Shown one piece after another: positions 61,516 to 64,000 of a DNA stretch of 64,000 nucleotides. How positions within the stretch are numbered: the first letter of the stretch is position 1; every line of letters starts with the position of its first letter. Location of the stretch: assembly GCA_002269645.1 (NCBI GenBank), contig NIVC01004003.1:1-64000 (forward strand), written 5' to 3'. The notes below the pieces were generated by a model, which saw only the letters and a program-made list of their open reading frames with translations, did no database searches and had not been told where the DNA came from. A program made the translations under genes and the position numbers. The DNA comes from Macrostomum lignano (Eukaryota).

Positions 61516-63120
61516 TGACGCATGGCCGCGATGCGTTTCAGGACTCTAGAAGCGGCTTCTATCCTGGCTTCTGAAAATTTTCACCTAGCATTTCTGAGTC
61601 ATACTGATGACGCAAAGGCTGTTACACCGGCAGGATTTGCCGGTTGTTAGGTAGCCAATTTTCTGCTCTTGCACAGACGATCCCAATTGCGAAGGAAGAG
61701 CCAGCTGCACCAATTGCATATGTATTTGCAATTATGCTACCCGTTGAAATGGTCCCTTGCTAAAATGATTTCAGCCTCTCGGTCACCTGAGCCATCAAAC
61801 AGCGAGAGGGCATCAAAGTCAAAGAAGTTGCCTTGTGCATGGATGCCAGGTGCAAACATCGGCTTCTTTTGTGCGTCGACTTGGCGCACAGGCCAATTTT
61901 CAACCGCGGTGCTCTATATAAGACAAAGGCATCGAGCTAAGGGTGGAAATTTCTATCTCGTTCTGAAATCAAGTTCAACAGTTCAGAAAATATCAATAGT
62001 TCTCCATTGAATCGACATTATGCACCCCCACCAAACGGACAGTCACCGTTGGATTTGGTGGACTCTGGTCGGCCTCCTTCTGCTTGCTCCGGTACACCGT
62101 GAGTATATTAGCAGATATTAACTACAACTAACGGGTTATCGCATCGCACTTTTAAAGGGCCGATCGGCGCAGGACCTTTTGCGTCCGTCACGCCCATGCA
62201 ACTTCAGCAGCAGGATATTCAGTTCCGCAGCCATCCCGCATGGTTTTATGACAATATAGTCTCAGTTGCGCTCGCTTGTACAGTACATTACAGAATTGAG
62301 GGCCTCAGCCAGCGATCGATCGGCGTTGTATATAGAAGCAGTCTTTACGACTAAATCAGATATACATGTACTATCTACATGTATGAGCATCAGGTGTAAA
62401 ATGGTCAACATGAATTTACATGCAATCTTATATTCGAAAAAACATTTCAGAGAGTCATTCTGTTCAAGCCTATCCGGAGCAGATGGAAGACAAGACGGCC
62501 CAGCCAGATGCAGTCGAGGAGCGCAACTTCTTACCTGTTGAAGCTGCTCCAGGTTATCCTGACCAGTTTGTGCAAAAGGAGATTCTGAGAAACGTTTTTA
62601 TGCTGGCTATGAAGCGTCGATTTGTGTTCTCGTCCTCGAGGCTTCGCATCTGACCGCAAAATCGGTGCAAGTAGCTGCAAGTCGCAGTCGGAGCTGCAGT
62701 GTTTGAAGCGCGATCGGCACAATTTTAACAGCTATAGTAGGAGCAAAACTCAGAAAACTGATTTACTGTATTCTTGTTTTTGTTGTAATTTTTTATTTGA
62801 AACCATGAGCATAGACATGGACTCCTGTAGTCCATTGTCTAAAGCATATAAGATTTCACGAGTTAAAATATATTCTGAAACAAGTTAATATTATAGCATT
62901 GGCTTCGCAATCCGATGTTGATAGCATCAGCAGTGTCAGTTTCTTTAAAATTTACAGACTGGTACGGAACAATACCCCAGTTGTGCAAGAATTGATCAAG
63001 GTCCACAACAATCGCTAACTTTAACCCGATGAGTCAGTAGCTCATGAGGTTGCATTCTCAAGCTTAAAAATTCACAAGCTCGAAATTTCACGAGCGTCTA
63101 TGCACGTTCTTTAGGGCTTG

Positions 63121-63280
63121 AGGGAGCCGTAGCCCAGTGGTCCAGCGCGGCGCTCTGATGTGCCGGCGACCCAGGCTCGATTCCCAGTGCAGTCGCATTA
63201 ATTTGGGGCTAAATTGGAATCTTGGCTTGGCTCTGCTCGTGCAATTAACGTCCTTGAGGGCCAACCCCCAAGGCACAGGA
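63121..63280 (+). mobile_element. tRNA-derived SINE, family copy 3 (3'-truncated)
   Basis: GCCGTAGCCCAGTGGTCCAGCGCGGCGCTCTG...CCAGGCTCGATTCCCAGTGCAGTCGCATTAATTTGGGGCTAAATTGGAATC, near-identical to copy 1. Confidence 0.85.
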
Positions 63281-64000
63281 AGTGTACATGCCTAACGATA
63301 AAAAATTTAGGGATTTCTCCACTATTTTTTCAATACAAGAGTGCTTTTATATCCCTTATAACTTGTATCCTTATATAACTTATAACTTATATCCCTTCGA
63401 TTTACATAGAACGCTACCAGTGCATAATAGGAACGCTACCAATAAAGGACGAAAAATCGCAGATATATACTCAGACAGATACTACTCAGGCATTACTCAG
63501 TCAATTAATTAGATATCTACTAAGAACAACACGCAGTCCTTATTCTAAGATCTATGCTCCAAAGTAAAACCCCCGTAACAACTTGGTGGCATTAGTGGAA
63601 TTTTAGAGGACAAAACTAGGAGCCCTTTGAAGCGTTTAATGAGCGGAGCAACCGGAGGGAGGGGAGAGGCAAAGTCAGGGATAGAAGCAGACTGGCCAAA
63701 TATCCGGGATTTTGTCGGCATTTATTAGTGGACCAGCCCAAGGAGAACTTAAACCAGAAGCTGGGAGAAGCAACTCCTGACCAAAGCTTTTATAGTTTTA
63801 GCGCGTAGAGGCGGGCTGGAGTCACTCCTTTGTGGGCTCAGGCTAAACGGAATAAAATTTATGGTTTTGGACCAGAGTAAATTAGCCTTCCGACATCGAG
63901 AGAGAGATGCATCAGCCCGGCAGTAGGCACCTCAGATGGTTGGCTGCTCAAGCGGTATTAACCTCTGTCGTTTAGTAATAAGCATTTGCTTTGTAGCTTC

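Overview
This is eukaryotic (animal) DNA. It has spliceosomal GT-AG introns, tRNA-derived SINEs and about 17 unrelated tandem arrays. The style resembles a repeat-rich invertebrate such as a macrostomid flatworm, but that is an impression I could not test. Recognisable host genes, all on the minus strand: a 5-exon phenylalanyl-tRNA synthetase alpha (499 aa when spliced), an intronless CISD3/MiNT, a stum/Spec3-family membrane protein, and a broken GPCR-like gene. The first 8 kb hold a compact same-strand cluster (2xSH3, three ankyrin loci, caspase) that looks unlike the host genes. Mobile DNA: a decayed Gypsy element with LTRs and a 5-bp TSD, two MITEs, a decayed non-LTR RT fragment, and two Crypton-type (DUF3504-like) tyrosine-recombinase (YR) loci. 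The second YR locus is a nested stack. A P element (116-bp TIRs, 8-bp TSD) splits the YR reading frame. A 9.4-kb CACTA/EnSpm element (31-bp TIRs, 2-bp TSD, transposase plus BEN-domain gene) sits in its 3' flank and itself carries a Gypsy remnant. The two best candidates for something undescribed are (i) a GNA-triloop hairpin plus CCATAGAC motif that recurs around both YR genes, and (ii) the caspase-ankyrin-SH3 cassette. Coordinates were counted by hand; repeat-array edges are approximate.
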